Below are positions 38,108-50,870 of a DNA stretch of 64,000 bases, in pieces. The stretch is taken from contig NC_058368.1 of NCBI RefSeq assembly GCF_018350175.1, positions 178,376,001 to 178,440,000 on the forward strand. Direction: 5' to 3'. The stretch comes from Felis catus. Taxonomy: Eukaryota. Made by a program: the position numbers and the translations under genes. The notes below the pieces were generated by a model. It ran no database searches, was not told where the DNA came from, and saw only the letters and a list, made by a program, of their open reading frames with translations. The first letter of the stretch is position 1, and every line of letters begins with the position of its first letter.

Positions 38108-41100
38108 ACGGATGGAATGCTCACTCACCCTTCATCCCACAAAGGGTCCACAAGCCCATCTTTGAGGCTAGTGGCCATCTCCTCTTTAATAAGACTGTCA
38201 GCTCTGTTGAATAGTTTAATGGAGCCCACTGGGCCCCAATCTCAAAATCAGAGCATTACCCTATCTGGAATGACATTTCCACTTGCATTTAGAGACAGTA
38301 TTAGTTCAAATCCCTGAGAGAAGTTTCCCCCTTCCCAAATGAAAAACTGACTAAAGTCCTTCTAGACCCTTCCTTCGATTTCTCTGACTGGGTGTCAGTG
38401 ATCCTGTGACATCTTTGGTTTCAGAATGGGTCCCATATTTCTTGCCTAAGGCAGAGAGTATGGAGTGGGAGGTAATGGGCCCTATTTACTCTAACATCCC
38501 ACAAAGCCCTCATCTTTCCAAATAAGCCTGGGACTCGTCCCATATCAGCTACATCATGTTCTTGGGCATTTGTTTCCAATCATCTTCCAGACACCTTAAG
38601 AGAATGAACCAAGTTTTCTGGAGCTCCTGCTGTGCCCCAGGCACTAGGCACAACACTTCTCATTTACTGTCCATGCCAGCCATGCAGGGTGGCCCATTAT
38701 AGACAAGGAAGGTTGCCCTGCTAGCAAAGATCACAGCGAAATGAAGTCTGGCTGGCAGTCCTTTGCACTAGTCCACATAGTGATGAGAGGGTCTGAGGCC
38801 TTCAAAACAGCTCTCCAGATACCAGGGACCATTCACCTGCAGCTCAATCCTGCAAAAAAGGGCCTGCTGACTGGATCAGGATGAGGTGGGGGTGGGGGGT
38901 AAGGGGGTAGGGCGGTAGGGGCCAGGGAGCTGCAGCAGCCTCAGACTCCAGAACAGCTGGGATGCTGAGCCAGACCAGCTTGGGTGGAACTGGCTGCTGA
39001 GATGCAGGTTTCCTCCAGGGCAGGCCCCGGGCAGAAATCATCCAGTTCCTACTGCAGCCAATCCTTGGCTCTCAGGGAAGCTCCAGAGGCCTTCCCAGAT
39101 CTTCCAGCTCACAAATGCCACTGCGGCCTCCCATCTCCCCCATATAAGCAGTAAAGGAGAACTGAAAAGGAAATGACCCCTTCAGAACTGCTGTGTTTCT
39201 ATAAATACAGAACAATATTGTTTTTGAAACTATTGAAATAAAACTCTGACCCCAAATAAATGCTATGTAACATCAGATTACATCATTAGTCTTCAAGGTG
39301 GTTTTTTTGTTGTTGTTTTTTAAGTACTTTGGCTATCACTGAGCGCTCAAGGGCAGATACAGGAAAATGCAATCGCTTTGAGATGTGTGTGCTAGGGGTG
39401 GGTGTGTGAGTGTGCAAGCACATGTGCAAATTTCTAAGCCCACTGACCCTCCCACACCTCCAGGCCTCCAAAGAGCACCATCCAAGTTTGCACCTTTGCA
39501 AAATAATCAATGACCACCTGCCACGCTGTCTTCCAATCATTCGTGAATATTCTAAAAGGCCAATGTCAAAGTCCTCTGCTTGGTTCTGCCACAGCTCTGA
39601 GCTGCTGACCTCAGCATATGGCCTCACACTGGGTCTTTACAACATTCAGAGCCCCATTTAATGGGAGAGCTAACTTAGGCTGTAGGAGATAAAAGGACTT
39701 CTCTGAAGTTCTACAGAAGCAATAGCATCAGGTTCAGAATTCTCGCCTTGATCTTCCTGATGTCAGGCCCACATAGTTTCTCCCGGGTCAGCACCCCACC
39801 TCAGTCTAATTCAGCTCTGCAAACATTCATTCATTCAGTTGTCTCAAGTCTTTTTTTGTAATGAGGCAGAATACTGGCAAATAAGTAGGTAAATATATAG
39901 CTTTATTTAACTCCTGCCATGTGTCGGGCACTGTAAATGGTAGGCTTGCTCTCTGACCTTAAAGTTTCATGGCCTGGAGCTCCGTGCTGGGCTCCTATGA
40001 GCAGCAGTGTCTTGAAGCATAGAGAAGGCTCACCTAAGCCAGTCTTGGGATGGAGGAAAGACAAGGGATGGCTTCCCCGGGGAGGTGACACCTGTTCCAA
40101 GTCCCAGTGGACACAGAATGGCTCGTCAGAGGGAGGTGTGAGGTGTAGCTGTGAGGCTGGGCAGAGAAGCTCTGACACTGGGGACAGGATGGATGTGGCC
40201 AACAATGTCTCAGTTTTTCCCTCCCAAACATTATGACCTGCATTCCACTGGTGACTCTCCAGTTCCAGCAAATCTTCAAGGCCCAGAAGGACAGATCTTC
40301 ACTTAAAAAGAGGCACGATCTGGTGCAGTACATATCTGATATGCTGGAGGATGAATGAACCTCTCCAGTGACAGATCCAACACAGCTCAGAAAGAGCAGC
40401 AAAGCCCAGGATTTGAAACTTGATGGGCCTGGGTTCCATTGCCCCCAAGCACGTCCCTTGACTCCATGGACCTCTCCCTCATCAGCAGAAATGGGCTCCC
40501 ATGTCAGGTTGATGATTTTGAGCATGTACTACTGGCCAGGCACTGTTCTAAGCTCTGCAGACTTAGCTCTGACTTGAGAGTCACAACACACAAACTGGCC
40601 TTTACAAGTGAGGAAACTAGGTCCCCAGGAAGGTGACATGAGCCTGGCAAGTTCACACAGCTGGAAGGTGGAGGAGCCAGGTTTTGAACACAGCCATAGA
40701 TGAAAGTGCCTAACAGTCCGGGCATAGAGTGGGAGCCTCAAACGTGGGACTCAGCAAGGCTGAGCACGGGCCTGGCACCTGGGAGAGACTCCAAGGTGGT
40801 TGTAAGACGGAATTGCACGGAGTGAATGTTGCCCCAGGAGAGCAGCCTGGCTGGCTCTGGCTTTCTCAGCAGCCCCGTTTCCCTGGTGACTCTGACGCAG
40901 AGCCCTGTGCAGAGAGGAGGCTTCTGGGCACGGGACACCGGGTAGGAGGCACTGTCAGCACGCCCCTTGCTGACGAGGACAGCAGAAAGACAGTTACTTG
41001 CATTACTCCCTTCAACCAAACTCCCTTCAACTCCCTGGGGAGTCAGACGGCACCTCCATCCCACTCCAGGAGATGCTTTCGGAACACCCCTGCCTCTCCT

Positions 41101-41377
41101 CAGTTGTCTGAGAAAGGGGCTGGCTTTTCACCACATTATGCTGTCACTGCAAAACTTCGGTCTGAGCCAGAGACCCATGTGGCAGGAAAGGTCAAGGCTT
41201 CCTAATTAACTCGAGGAAAAACTGCCAATCTGCAAAGATCTATGTAGGGTGTTCACAGAGGTCTTCCTTCCTGTGCATTCCAAGGAAGAAATACTCACTG
41301 ATCATGCGCAGGGATGGATGCCCTACAGATACTGGGCACTCATTATTCCCGGTGTTATCTCACTATTAGGTGTGTGT

Positions 41378-41590
41378 GGAGCCTTTGCTAAGTGTCAGGC
41401 ATGACCTAGTGGCTTTTACACGGATGATGTCCTTTATTCCCACAAAACCCTATGAAGCAGATGCTATTATGAAACCCCCGTTTTATAGAAAAACAAACAG
41501 AGGCTTAGAGAGGTTAAGTCACTTGTCTGAGATCACCCAAATGGTAAGCACTAGAGTCAGGGTTAGGACCCAGGCACCTGGCAGAGTACA
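41378..41590 (-). mobile_element. MIR SINE
   Basis: aaccctatgaagcagatgctatt...gaggcttagagaggttaagtcacttgtctgagatcac. Confidence 0.8.
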
Positions 41591-41889
41591 GCCCAGCCCC
41601 TCTGGGACAGGCCCTTCAGACACCAAAGACAGGGACCTACCTAGAGACAGGGAGCTATCTAGCTCCTACACTAGGTGGGCAGGGCAGCAGAACAGAGAGC
41701 TCCAGACTGGCGTTCAGGGGTCAGCCTCCAAGGGTGGCCAGGGTGAAGCCCTTCCCCTCTCAGAACCTCAGTTTCTTTCTCTGTACAATGAAGATGTGAA
41801 CTCTTTGGAATCTTTTTTCTTTCTGGATTTGACATTTTGTGAGTATCCACCTTGGGACATGCAGAAAACTAGATAAAATAGCTACTGTG

Positions 41890-42100
41890 CACTAATTATG
41901 TTCTGAGTGCTTTACATGAATTATTTCGCTGAATCCTCCCAAGAACCCCATGTGATAGGTTCTATTGTAACTATCATTGCTATGTTATAGATGCGAAGAG
42001 AGAAGAGCAGAGGGGTCAAATCGTTTGTTCAAAGTCACACAGCTAGCAGGGGACGGAGCCAAGATTCAAACCCAGAGAGGCTGGCTCCAGAGCCCGGATC
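41890..42100 (-). mobile_element. MIR SINE
   Basis: gtgctttacatgaattatttcgctgaatcctc...caaagtcacacagctag...ggagccaagattcaaaccca. Confidence 0.8.
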
Positions 42101-42199
42101 ATTCATCTTACATTCTCCCATTCCACACGTATTTTCAGGCACGACAAAGCCACTTTTGAGGAGCCAGAAGTGCACAGCGACATCCAATAGGCTTGGTTG

Positions 42200-42900
42200 T
42201 CATGAGAATGGCAGGAGATGCAGTGTGGGAGCAAGGCCAGATTAGGAAGGGCCTTAGGCAGCCTGAAGGGGTAAAGCTGACGCTGAGGGTGATGGGAAAA
42301 CATTGGAGGCACTAAGAATGGGAAGATGCAACCAAATTTACACTGAAAGAGAGAGATCTGAGGCAGTGGGAGGATGGTCTCAAGGGGTTGAGGGTGGAGG
42401 CAAGGAGGCCAGTGAGGAGGCCACTACAAGAAAGCTGGAGATGACCAGGGAGCCTGGTCCTGGGCCGTGCAAGTGGGGTGGGAGGAGAGGCAGAATGAAA
42501 CGACATGATGTGGCCTCACGTGACGTGAGGACGGTGGAGGAGGAGATCAGGATTCAGGTTGCTACCTGGGGGTCTGGTCTGGGACAATGAGGTGTTGCTG
42601 GCTGAAAGGAGAATACTGGCAGAGGGGCAGATTGGGGTAAAGGGAGCAGAGCTGAGGTTGGGGTGTGATGAGCTGCTTCTGAAGGAGATGCCCAGCATGC
42701 CTTTGGGGATGTGCGGCTAAAGCTCAGAGGGCAACGTGGGTGCCGGGGAGCTTGGCACCATCAGCATGCAGGTGCTAGTGGGAGGGGATGGGCTCTCCCA
42801 CGGAGGCGAGGCCTGGAGGGAGTGCACAAGGGGGCTTGGGCTAGAACTCTGGGGGCTCCTGCCCTGAAGAGGTTGGGTAGAAGAAGACAGAACGCATCAG
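42200..42900 (-). mobile_element. L2 fragment
   Basis: aggccagattaggaagggcctt...gatgggaaaacattggagg...gaggcaaggaggccagtgaggaggc. Confidence 0.5.
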
Positions 42901-44609
42901 CTTCCCACCTCTCTTGGCTTTATGTCTGCCAAGTGCTGGCCCTGCCAGGTAGGATTCTTAGGAAGCTGAATGGTTCCCCTCTTTCTTTCAGACTCAGCTT
43001 TGAGAAGCAGTAACCGGCCGCAGTCCCAGAACCCTGCCTTTCTGTTCTGGCATCAGCCCAGGATTCTCCAGCAGGCTCTGAATCGTGTAATTATCCATGC
43101 AATAATTATGCCTGGCAGAAGCTGCAGCTTTGCTGGGGGAGGGCTTCCCAGAGCATCACCTAACAGTCGGATCACCATCAGTCTGCTCTGAGGATACCCC
43201 CTGTAGCCCAAGCAAGCCCTGCCCATGATCAGAGCCTGTCCCTGGCCTGAGGGAGTGGAGACATCCCGTGCAGGAGCAGGCGGGCACCTGTTAAGTCAGT
43301 CTCTCCAGGAAACCTGTCAGCACCATTCGGTTTGGCTTCCTGGATGTACACAGCCCCATCTCAGACTGCTCCCACCCAGAGAGTTTTCATCTCCCACAGC
43401 CCTGTTTATGACCCAGAGGGAAAAAAAATCTATCAACTCGGAGCAAGCCGCTAATCAGTTTACTTGGTTGCCTCAGGTCTTCCAATGTAATTATAATTCC
43501 TACTAAGGCACTGGTGAGTGTCAGACTCATTTCAACAACTGCTGCAGACACAATAATCAAAGCACCAGGATTCCTTTGTTCCGAATCCTGTACAGACGAG
43601 GCTCACAAGGTATGCTTTGGAGGGGAAACTAAGCACGAGATTGTTTTTTTCTCGCCTCCTCTCCTTCCTGCTTCCTTCCTTCCAGAGATCAGGGAGAAGC
43701 TGCTGGAATGCCCCACATGCTGCTGGAGACAGACCCGGACCTATAGGGCTGTGAATGTGGCTCCCACATGCTCACGGACCAGCCAGAGAAGTCTCGTGAT
43801 GAGGCAGGGGAGGGTGCTGGCTGCTTCCCAGACACCTCACAAGGTGGCATTTACCTTGGCACATTCCCCAGCCTCTGGCCCCTAGCCTTGGAGGTTCAGA
43901 AACCTGATTTTGCTGGCACGCCCGGAAGGGACTCATCTGTCAGGAGAACACTCTCATTAACCCAGATCATGAAATCAAAATATAAACCACACTGAGAGAA
44001 ATGGAACTGCCATGCAAACCAGGGCTGCTGAAGTTGTCACGAGCAGCACTGTGTTTTCTTTCCCCGAAGACAGGGCTGCCTGGGGAGGCACATTCTAACA
44101 ATGTTTCCCGGTGAACCTAGAATTGGCCGGGGTGTTGCCGGACCACTGGATGTCTTGGGCTCTGACTGCTGCGTCTTTTCCCCCGGAGGGAGACGGCTGA
44201 CACCATGATCACACAGGCATGTTCCTGGTTAGGGCAGGACTTCCCTAGACAGGTTCCGTGTGAACCCTGCCAGGTGACCTCTGGTTCTTGAGCTTCCCTC
44301 CTCCATGCCCAAGGTGACCCAGCGGCATCTGAACTCAGACTCCTTCCCCAGGCAGGACCCACCCTGCTGACTTGTTGACCGTCCCTGACTGTTTCCTGCT
44401 TGTGCTTTCTCAAGGGTGTGGGGTTGTTACTGGGTCAGCCAGAGACCACATTCTCTGACCTCCCCACCCCCCCCCCCCACTGGCTGCCCTTCTGTCTGGG
44501 GGGGGGGGCTATGGAGCAAGCTGTCCCCAGTGAACTCTGAGCATAGTGATGTCTGTCACTGCCAGGTCACAGTCATTAAGAGGCTGGGTGCCATCTGTAG
44601 TTCCTTCAC

Positions 44610-44814
44610 CTAAAGGTAAAGGGGGCCATAGGATTGGTAGAGCGACACGATGGGAGGAGGCTGGGTCCCTGAGTGACCACACAGAAGAAAGCTACTTGCT
44701 CATTAGGAACACCCATGCTGAATAGTTCAGAGTGACAGGAAAAATTCTATGTAGTAAGCCACTGAAATGCTGGGTCTCCTTGTTACAACAGCTAGCATTG
44801 CCCTAATGAATACA
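44610..44814 (+). mobile_element. MaLR LTR 3' part (MLT1I/J-like)
   Basis: ggaggctgggtccctgagtgacc...taagccactgaaatg...ttgttacaacagctagc...ctaatgaataca. Confidence 0.7.
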
Positions 44815-45244
44815 TTGTTCGATTCTCAGCCTACTTCCCTGAGACCACAGTCATCCAATGGAGTGTGAAACCTCCTGAGACTTCAAACTCATATTCAGTC
44901 ACCGTCTCTCGTGTCCCTCCTAAAGGTGGCTGACGGTGAGTTCTGCCCACTGATTCTGCTTTCCCAAGTTCTAACTTGATTCCCAGCCACCTCCTTCCCA
45001 GATACGAGCTGATCTTTCTTGCAGATCTCAAGGCACAGGCATCACATGGCAAGTAGAATTCTAAAAACTCAGAGATACATACAAACAAACCAACAGCAAA
45101 TGACTGGAATGTTCTTTCAGCCTGGAAGCACAGTTCAAACATACACACACAGTCACACCCACACACGAACTCACAAAAGAAGACTGGAGCCAGATAGCCT
45201 GGGCTGTAGAGAGGGAGAAACAAATATGAACTTCATCAGAACTA

Positions 45245-45440
45245 GGACTCAAATAAATTTCAGCTATCTCCCATGCCATCTGTAATCAATCGATAGTGGC
45301 TGTCTGGAGTGCTGTGTTAAGAAGGATTCTGAGGCCGCCATTATAGCTCTGAAGGAAAAAGTGCTGTGATGACTGATTAGCATGTGCCATGGGTAATGGA
45401 CAAGGAGTGATGGCACATGCCAGGAATTTTCACACTTGTG
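45245..45440 (+). mobile_element. MER117-like hAT-Charlie relic
   Basis: tagtggctgtctggagtgctgtgttaagaaggattctgaggcc...gtgctgtgatgactgattagcatgtgccatggg. Confidence 0.55.
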
Positions 45441-46229
45441 CTTGAGACTAGGATGTGGTCGCAGAGGAGCTTACAGTCATCAAGGCTATAGCCTGAGACT
45501 CCCTGGGCCAAACCATAAAACTCTTGTTAACCCTCAAATGAGTGTCTACCTTAGAACAGGTATTTTATATACACTTTTCTAACTAATCATCACAGGAGAG
45601 AGGAGATAGTAGGGGAGAGCTATTAGCCCTATTTTACACATGAAGGTCCTGAGGCTCAGAGAGAACAGGTGAATTACCCAAGATCACAAAGCTCAAGAAA
45701 GGCAGAGTTGAGTTCCAGACCAGGGCTGCCTGATTTGTAAGTCTCACCATTATGTGGGGCATCTCTGAATTAAGGGGGGGGGGGTCTGGATTGAGAGGAG
45801 CAATGTATGTCAGTCTTTTGGTCTGGCTGTTGCCCGCTGACCTATTAGGGCAAGGTGAGGGTGCGGGGAAAGGGGTTTGTCTCCCAGGCAACTCACTTGG
45901 AAGTCATTAAAGGACCAAATGGGTTTGGGGTCTGAGCTTCCTACAGCCTTTCCCTGCCTCTTGAGTTGGTTTATTGTTCCTCCAAAGTCCTGGAAGAAGG
46001 CCAAGAAAGGCAGGAAGAGAAGGAGAAGGAATGGGATATTCTTGCACTGTCAGTTCCAATGATGTGTGAGCGACCGGGGTGAGATGGTGGGGCTGGCAGT
46101 CAGGAGAACTGGGGATGAGTCCCGCGTTGCTGCAAGCTGGCTGTGCAGCTGTGAAGCCTCAAATCCCCCAAATGTCAAAGGGAGCTATCCTAGGTAGTAG
46201 GTGTAGAGTCTCTAAGTGACAGCGCTACA

Positions 46230-46445
46230 GACAGTAAGGGACAGAGAGGTCTGGGTTCAATATTGTCCCTACACTTACCAGCTAGTTGACCTTGGGTAAG
46301 TCACTTCTCCTCTCTGAGCTTCAGTTTCATCACTACTAAAATACATACAATAACAGTATCTCCCTCATAAGATTGTGTGACGATTAAATGAGATGATTTA
46401 GAGGATGTGCCCGGCACGGTGTCTCACATTCCATACGTTAGCGTG
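46230..46445 (+). mobile_element. MIR SINE
   Basis: tgaccttgggtaagtcacttctcctctctgagcttcagtttc...gattaaatgagatga. Confidence 0.85.
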
Positions 46446-47425
46446 CTTTCCTTCTACTCACAAAGGCACACACACCAAGCACCCTTTAAAGAGCTCTTCC
46501 TGTTCAACACACAGAGTCAGTGGGTGGGATTACAAGTTGTAGGGGGGCGGATGGGAAACAGCCTGTCTCAGTGTCCACGCTTTGTGGATCGCACATGGTG
46601 CTTTGTAACTTAGACCAAATTCAGCCTAGGATCAGCCTGTGTTTGCTTGAGTTCTCCTTTCTACCTGAATTCCTTTCCACATGTTTAACAATAATAGCAA
46701 TCAGAACAACAAGTGAATCCTCTGTCGACTGCTTGCTATGGGCATGTAGCCTGCTACCTGCACTCCACGTGTTTACATTTCCATCCATACTCTTGTTACC
46801 CCTCTTCCTTCCTTCACCCCCTCCTTGACTTTGTTCCAGGGTTTGGGGGAACAACACATCAACTCCAGAGACTGGTAAAGGCTGCAGGCAGCTCTAATCC
46901 CAAAAGCACTTCAGTCTTTCCATTACCTGCAGTTCTGAGCTGCCTGGAAAACAAATCTCCACCCTTGCTCCATTTACACTTTATTTTCCATATTCTTCCC
47001 AAGGAACAGATGTGGTCAGTATTATTAACCTCACCGGACACACAAAGAAACTAAGGTTCACCTCGTAACTTACCTAGGGTCACGCAGCCAGTGAGAAGCA
47101 AGTCTGAAATTTAAATCTAAGACTGTTTGGTCTCCAATTCGTATTCCTCGTTCAACAGAACAGCACCTAAACCCAGTTGCCTACAGGTCATGCCCGTCTT
47201 TCTCAACAACCCCCCCCCCCCTCCCAACAACATATGATCTATTCAGGGGACACTGGGCTCAGTTTCCAGATCAGGGTATCCAAAATGAATCCAAGCCACA
47301 TGTGTTCCATGCAAAAGAGATATGCAAAGTCTATGGTTTATCATTATTCACCACTTTTTATGTTAATCTCTCCACTAATGATAGAAATAATAAATGCTAC
47401 TGTTGTTAAGAATTACTACCATTTA

Positions 47426-47642
47426 GGCACCTGGGTGGCTCAGTCAGTTAAGTGTCCACCTTCAGCTTGGGTCATGATCTTGCAATTCGTGAGTTTGAGC
47501 CCCGCGTGCAGCTCTGTGCTGACAGCTCAGTGCCTGGAGCCTTCTTCAAATTCTGTGTCTTCCTCTCTCTCTGCCCCTCCCCCACTCACAGTCTGTCTGT
47601 CTGTCTCTCTGTCAAAAATAAGTATTAAAAAAATTACAAAAA
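47426..47642 (+). mobile_element. Can-SINE (SINEC_Fc2-like)
   Basis: ggcacctgggtggctcagtcagttaag head; TSD aagaattactaccattta at 47408-47425 and 47643-47660. Confidence 0.95.
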
Positions 47643-47802
47643 AAGAATTACTACCATTTATTGAGCCCTTACTGTAGGCCACATACCTAAAAGCCACAAG
47701 AACACTACAATGTAGACATGTGATTATTCCTTTATTCCAAGGAATAGAAGGGTAGAAGGGTAGAATATGGGTTACAGAGACACTAGATTTGAAACTACTT
47801 CT

Positions 47803-48005
47803 TTTTTTTTTTTTATTTTTGGGACAGAGAGAGACAGAGCATGAACGGGGGAGGGGCAGAGAGAGAGGGAGACACAGAATCAGAAACAGGCTCCAGGCTC
47901 CGAGCCATCAGCCCAGAGCCCGACGCGGGGCTCGAACCCACGGACCGCGAGATCGTGACCTGGCCGAAGTCGGACGCCCAACCGACTGCGCCACCCAGGC
48001 GCCCC
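47803..48005 (-). mobile_element. Young Can-SINE (SINEC_Fc-like, CpG-rich)
   Basis: Nearly all CpGs intact; perfect TSD tgaaactacttct at 47790-47802 and 48006-48018. Confidence 0.97.
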
Positions 48006-48689
48006 TGAAACTACTTCTGTAATCCCTCCCAACTGCCAAGAAGAATGTCTCCAGGGGCAAAACATGCCTCTCATTCCTGATGCATCAGAAAAGGGGCTAA
48101 GGAGAGAGGCATGGACACTCCAGAATTTGCTGGTGGGACGTGCCATTTTCTCCACTGTTTGTTGTGCTCAGTCAGTGCAGAATCAGGGCAGAAATGGATC
48201 AGGCCAGGATGACATCCAGGAGGCTCCCAGGAAGTCTTCCCAGCCTGTTAGAATAGAAGGGCAGCTCCATTGCCAATGCTGGTCATGGTGTGAGAGCAGG
48301 TGCATTCCGACGGGATAGACAACTACCTGATGACCTTGTGTACCTCTGGAAGTGGGACGTTTAAATCCGATGAGTTCATCCAAGAGTATAACCTGCGTCC
48401 TTGTGCAAGTTTACTCTTTCACTCCACAAATTTTTACTGAAGACTGACTATGTAGCAGGCGTGGCACTATGCTATGTCCTGGGAATGCAAGTGTCAAGAA
48501 GACAGCTTGTACGCAAATGATTCTGAAAGTGCCAACTGTGGATAAATCTAGAGGCATGAACTAATGTGTCTTATTCTTTCCTACTACTGAAAGATACATC
48601 TAGGGGAATTCAAAGTCTCAGGGTTAGAAATCCTTCTGCATAGACTAGTCAAAGAAGATAGATTGAACAAAGGGAAAGACAGCCTCCAA

Positions 48690-49195
48690 TCCACTGCTGC
48701 CACTACCACCACTACCCCTATTACTACCACCATCATCCCACCAACAATACTACCACTACCACCACTATTTCACCACCACCATTAGCGCCAATGTCACCAT
48801 ATCGTTATCACCATCATTACTAATACCACTTCTCGTCACACTACCACCATCGTGCCCCCATCGCCACTGGCGCCATCCCATCACTGTTGTCCCTACCAGA
48901 ATCATCACAATTACCACTAACATTATCATGCTCCAGCAACACCATGACCCGCCATCACCACCATTAGTACTCTAATACAACTATTGTCACTGTTGCCAAT
49001 ATCTCTAGTATCACCAACGTTATCCCTACGGTAACCATCAACACCCCTAATGCTATCTGCTACCACCTGTCACTACCATCATTGCTACCGCCAACACAAC
49101 CGTCACCGTCACACACACCATCCTTGCCACCATCATCAAAAGTATTACTATACCTGTGATCACTATCATCACCTACGTACTAATACTCACCACTT
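48690..49195. repeat. ~500-bp degenerate (CAC/CAT/TAC)n low-complexity tract
   Basis: Continuous accacc/actacc/atcacc triplet periodicity. Confidence 0.9.
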
Positions 49196-50003
49196 ACGCA
49201 TTGCCTTACAGTTTATAAACACTTGCATTCACCTGATCTCATTTAATCCTCATGACAATCCAATGAGTTGATATCATGACCGTTGTTAATAGATGACAAA
49301 CCGGACATGCAGAGAGGAGTCAAACAATTGGCTTCAACCACATATCTTGTAAAGGGTAAGCTAGGACTGGCCTTTAGTTCTATTTCACCCAACATGCCAT
49401 CCCTTTTCTATGAACCCTAAGCTGTTATGAAATAACCTCCAATGTTCTATTTTTTTTTTTAACACTAAACCACTGTCTTTGATGTTCTGGATCCTGTGAA
49501 TATGCTGAGGGGAGCCTCAAAGCTGTGCCCAGGCTTCTTTGCTACATTAATCCCAATTAGGGAATTCCAAGTCCTCATGCATCTCAGTATAATGTCAATT
49601 CAAGCCACCAAGTACCAATCATGTGCCCAGAACTGTGTTGGACTCCTTGGAGAAGCTCAGAAGGGCAGGAAGGAAGGTTCCAGCCTTTGAGGAAAGTGTA
49701 CTCTTACTGAAGGGCCAGACCATGTTTACAGGGAGCGATTATAGAGCAATTCAAGGCAATCAATTGCTAAATCATGCAGGACAGTGAGTGCATTGGTGGG
49801 GGGGAAGAAGGAGCAGCTGTGGGCTGAAGTGATCACTGGGAGACTTCTGGGAAGACAGGGTGAGGATGAGAGGGGACAGCCCTGGTTCCAAATTACTTTG
49901 TCCTTTCCTCATCCTTCCTCTCGGCTACCTTTCAGGACTTTCCCCCAACCTTCCTGAATGTGAACACCTGACTCTGGTCGCTGCCTCCAATCTGTTTCCT
50001 CAC

Positions 50004-50004
<1 letters not shown>

Positions 50005-50050
<46 letters not shown>

Positions 50051-50078
50051 TCAAAATGTTTTTTAACATTTTATTTTT

Positions 50079-50110
<32 letters not shown>

Positions 50111-50272
50111 CTGGAAGGGGCAGAGAGAAAGGGAGACACAGAATCTGAAGCAGGCTCCAGACTCTATGAGCTGTCAGCACAGAGCACAACGTGGGGCTCG
50201 AACTCACGAACTGTGAGATCACAACCTCAGCTGAAGTCGGACGCTTATCCAACTGAGCCACCCGGGTGCCCC
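50005..50272 (-). mobile_element. Can-SINE with tail-derived (TTTC)12 and (GA)n microsatellites
   Basis: (TTTC)12 at 50005-50052, (GA)n at ~50079-50105, reverse SINE head ending cccgggtgcccc. Confidence 0.95.
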
Positions 50273-50624
50273 GACTTCTCTCACATTTCTAACAACAACC
50301 TTTCTATTGACTTCCTCCAAGTCACAAAAGTGCATCACTGCCATTTTTATTCCTTCTCCTTTCTTCTCATCTACTTCAATGATGTTGCTCATACCATTCC
50401 TTTTACCCAGAACTCTACCAACCTACATTCTTGCATGGGTCAAGCCCTTGCTCTTTAATCAGTCCGAAATGCCATCTTTTTCAGTCATCCTCTCTGATTC
50501 TTCAGCCCTGTGCCTCTGGTAGAGATGGTCTCTCCCTCCCACGAACCCCCACAGGGTAACACAATCTGCAATGTGGTATAGGCAGACACTCAGATACAGT
50601 CTAGCCTCGTTGATTCACCAGGCA

Positions 50625-50870
50625 GGTACAGGTGTTGGAGTCAAGTCAGCTGGGTTCAAATCCTGGCTTGGCCACTTTCAAGAGGTGAGACATTGGTGAG
50701 ACATTGGACATTTCCCTATGCTCTCTGTTCTTCAGTTTCCTTATCTGTAAAGAGTCCAGTAATAATGCCGACTTCCTGGTGATGCTGTAAGGCCTAAATA
50801 AAACCAAGCCACTAAAGTGTCTGGCACATAGTGGGAGCTCTATAGATTTGTTGTTAATATTATTATTACG
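50625..50870 (+). mobile_element. MIR SINE
   Basis: ggagtcaagtcagctgggttcaaatcctggct...ttcagtttccttatctgtaaa...ctggcacatagtggg. Confidence 0.8.

Noticed and set aside
49050..49271. His-rich ORF
   Set aside because: Translation of the degenerate CAC/CAT repeat tract.
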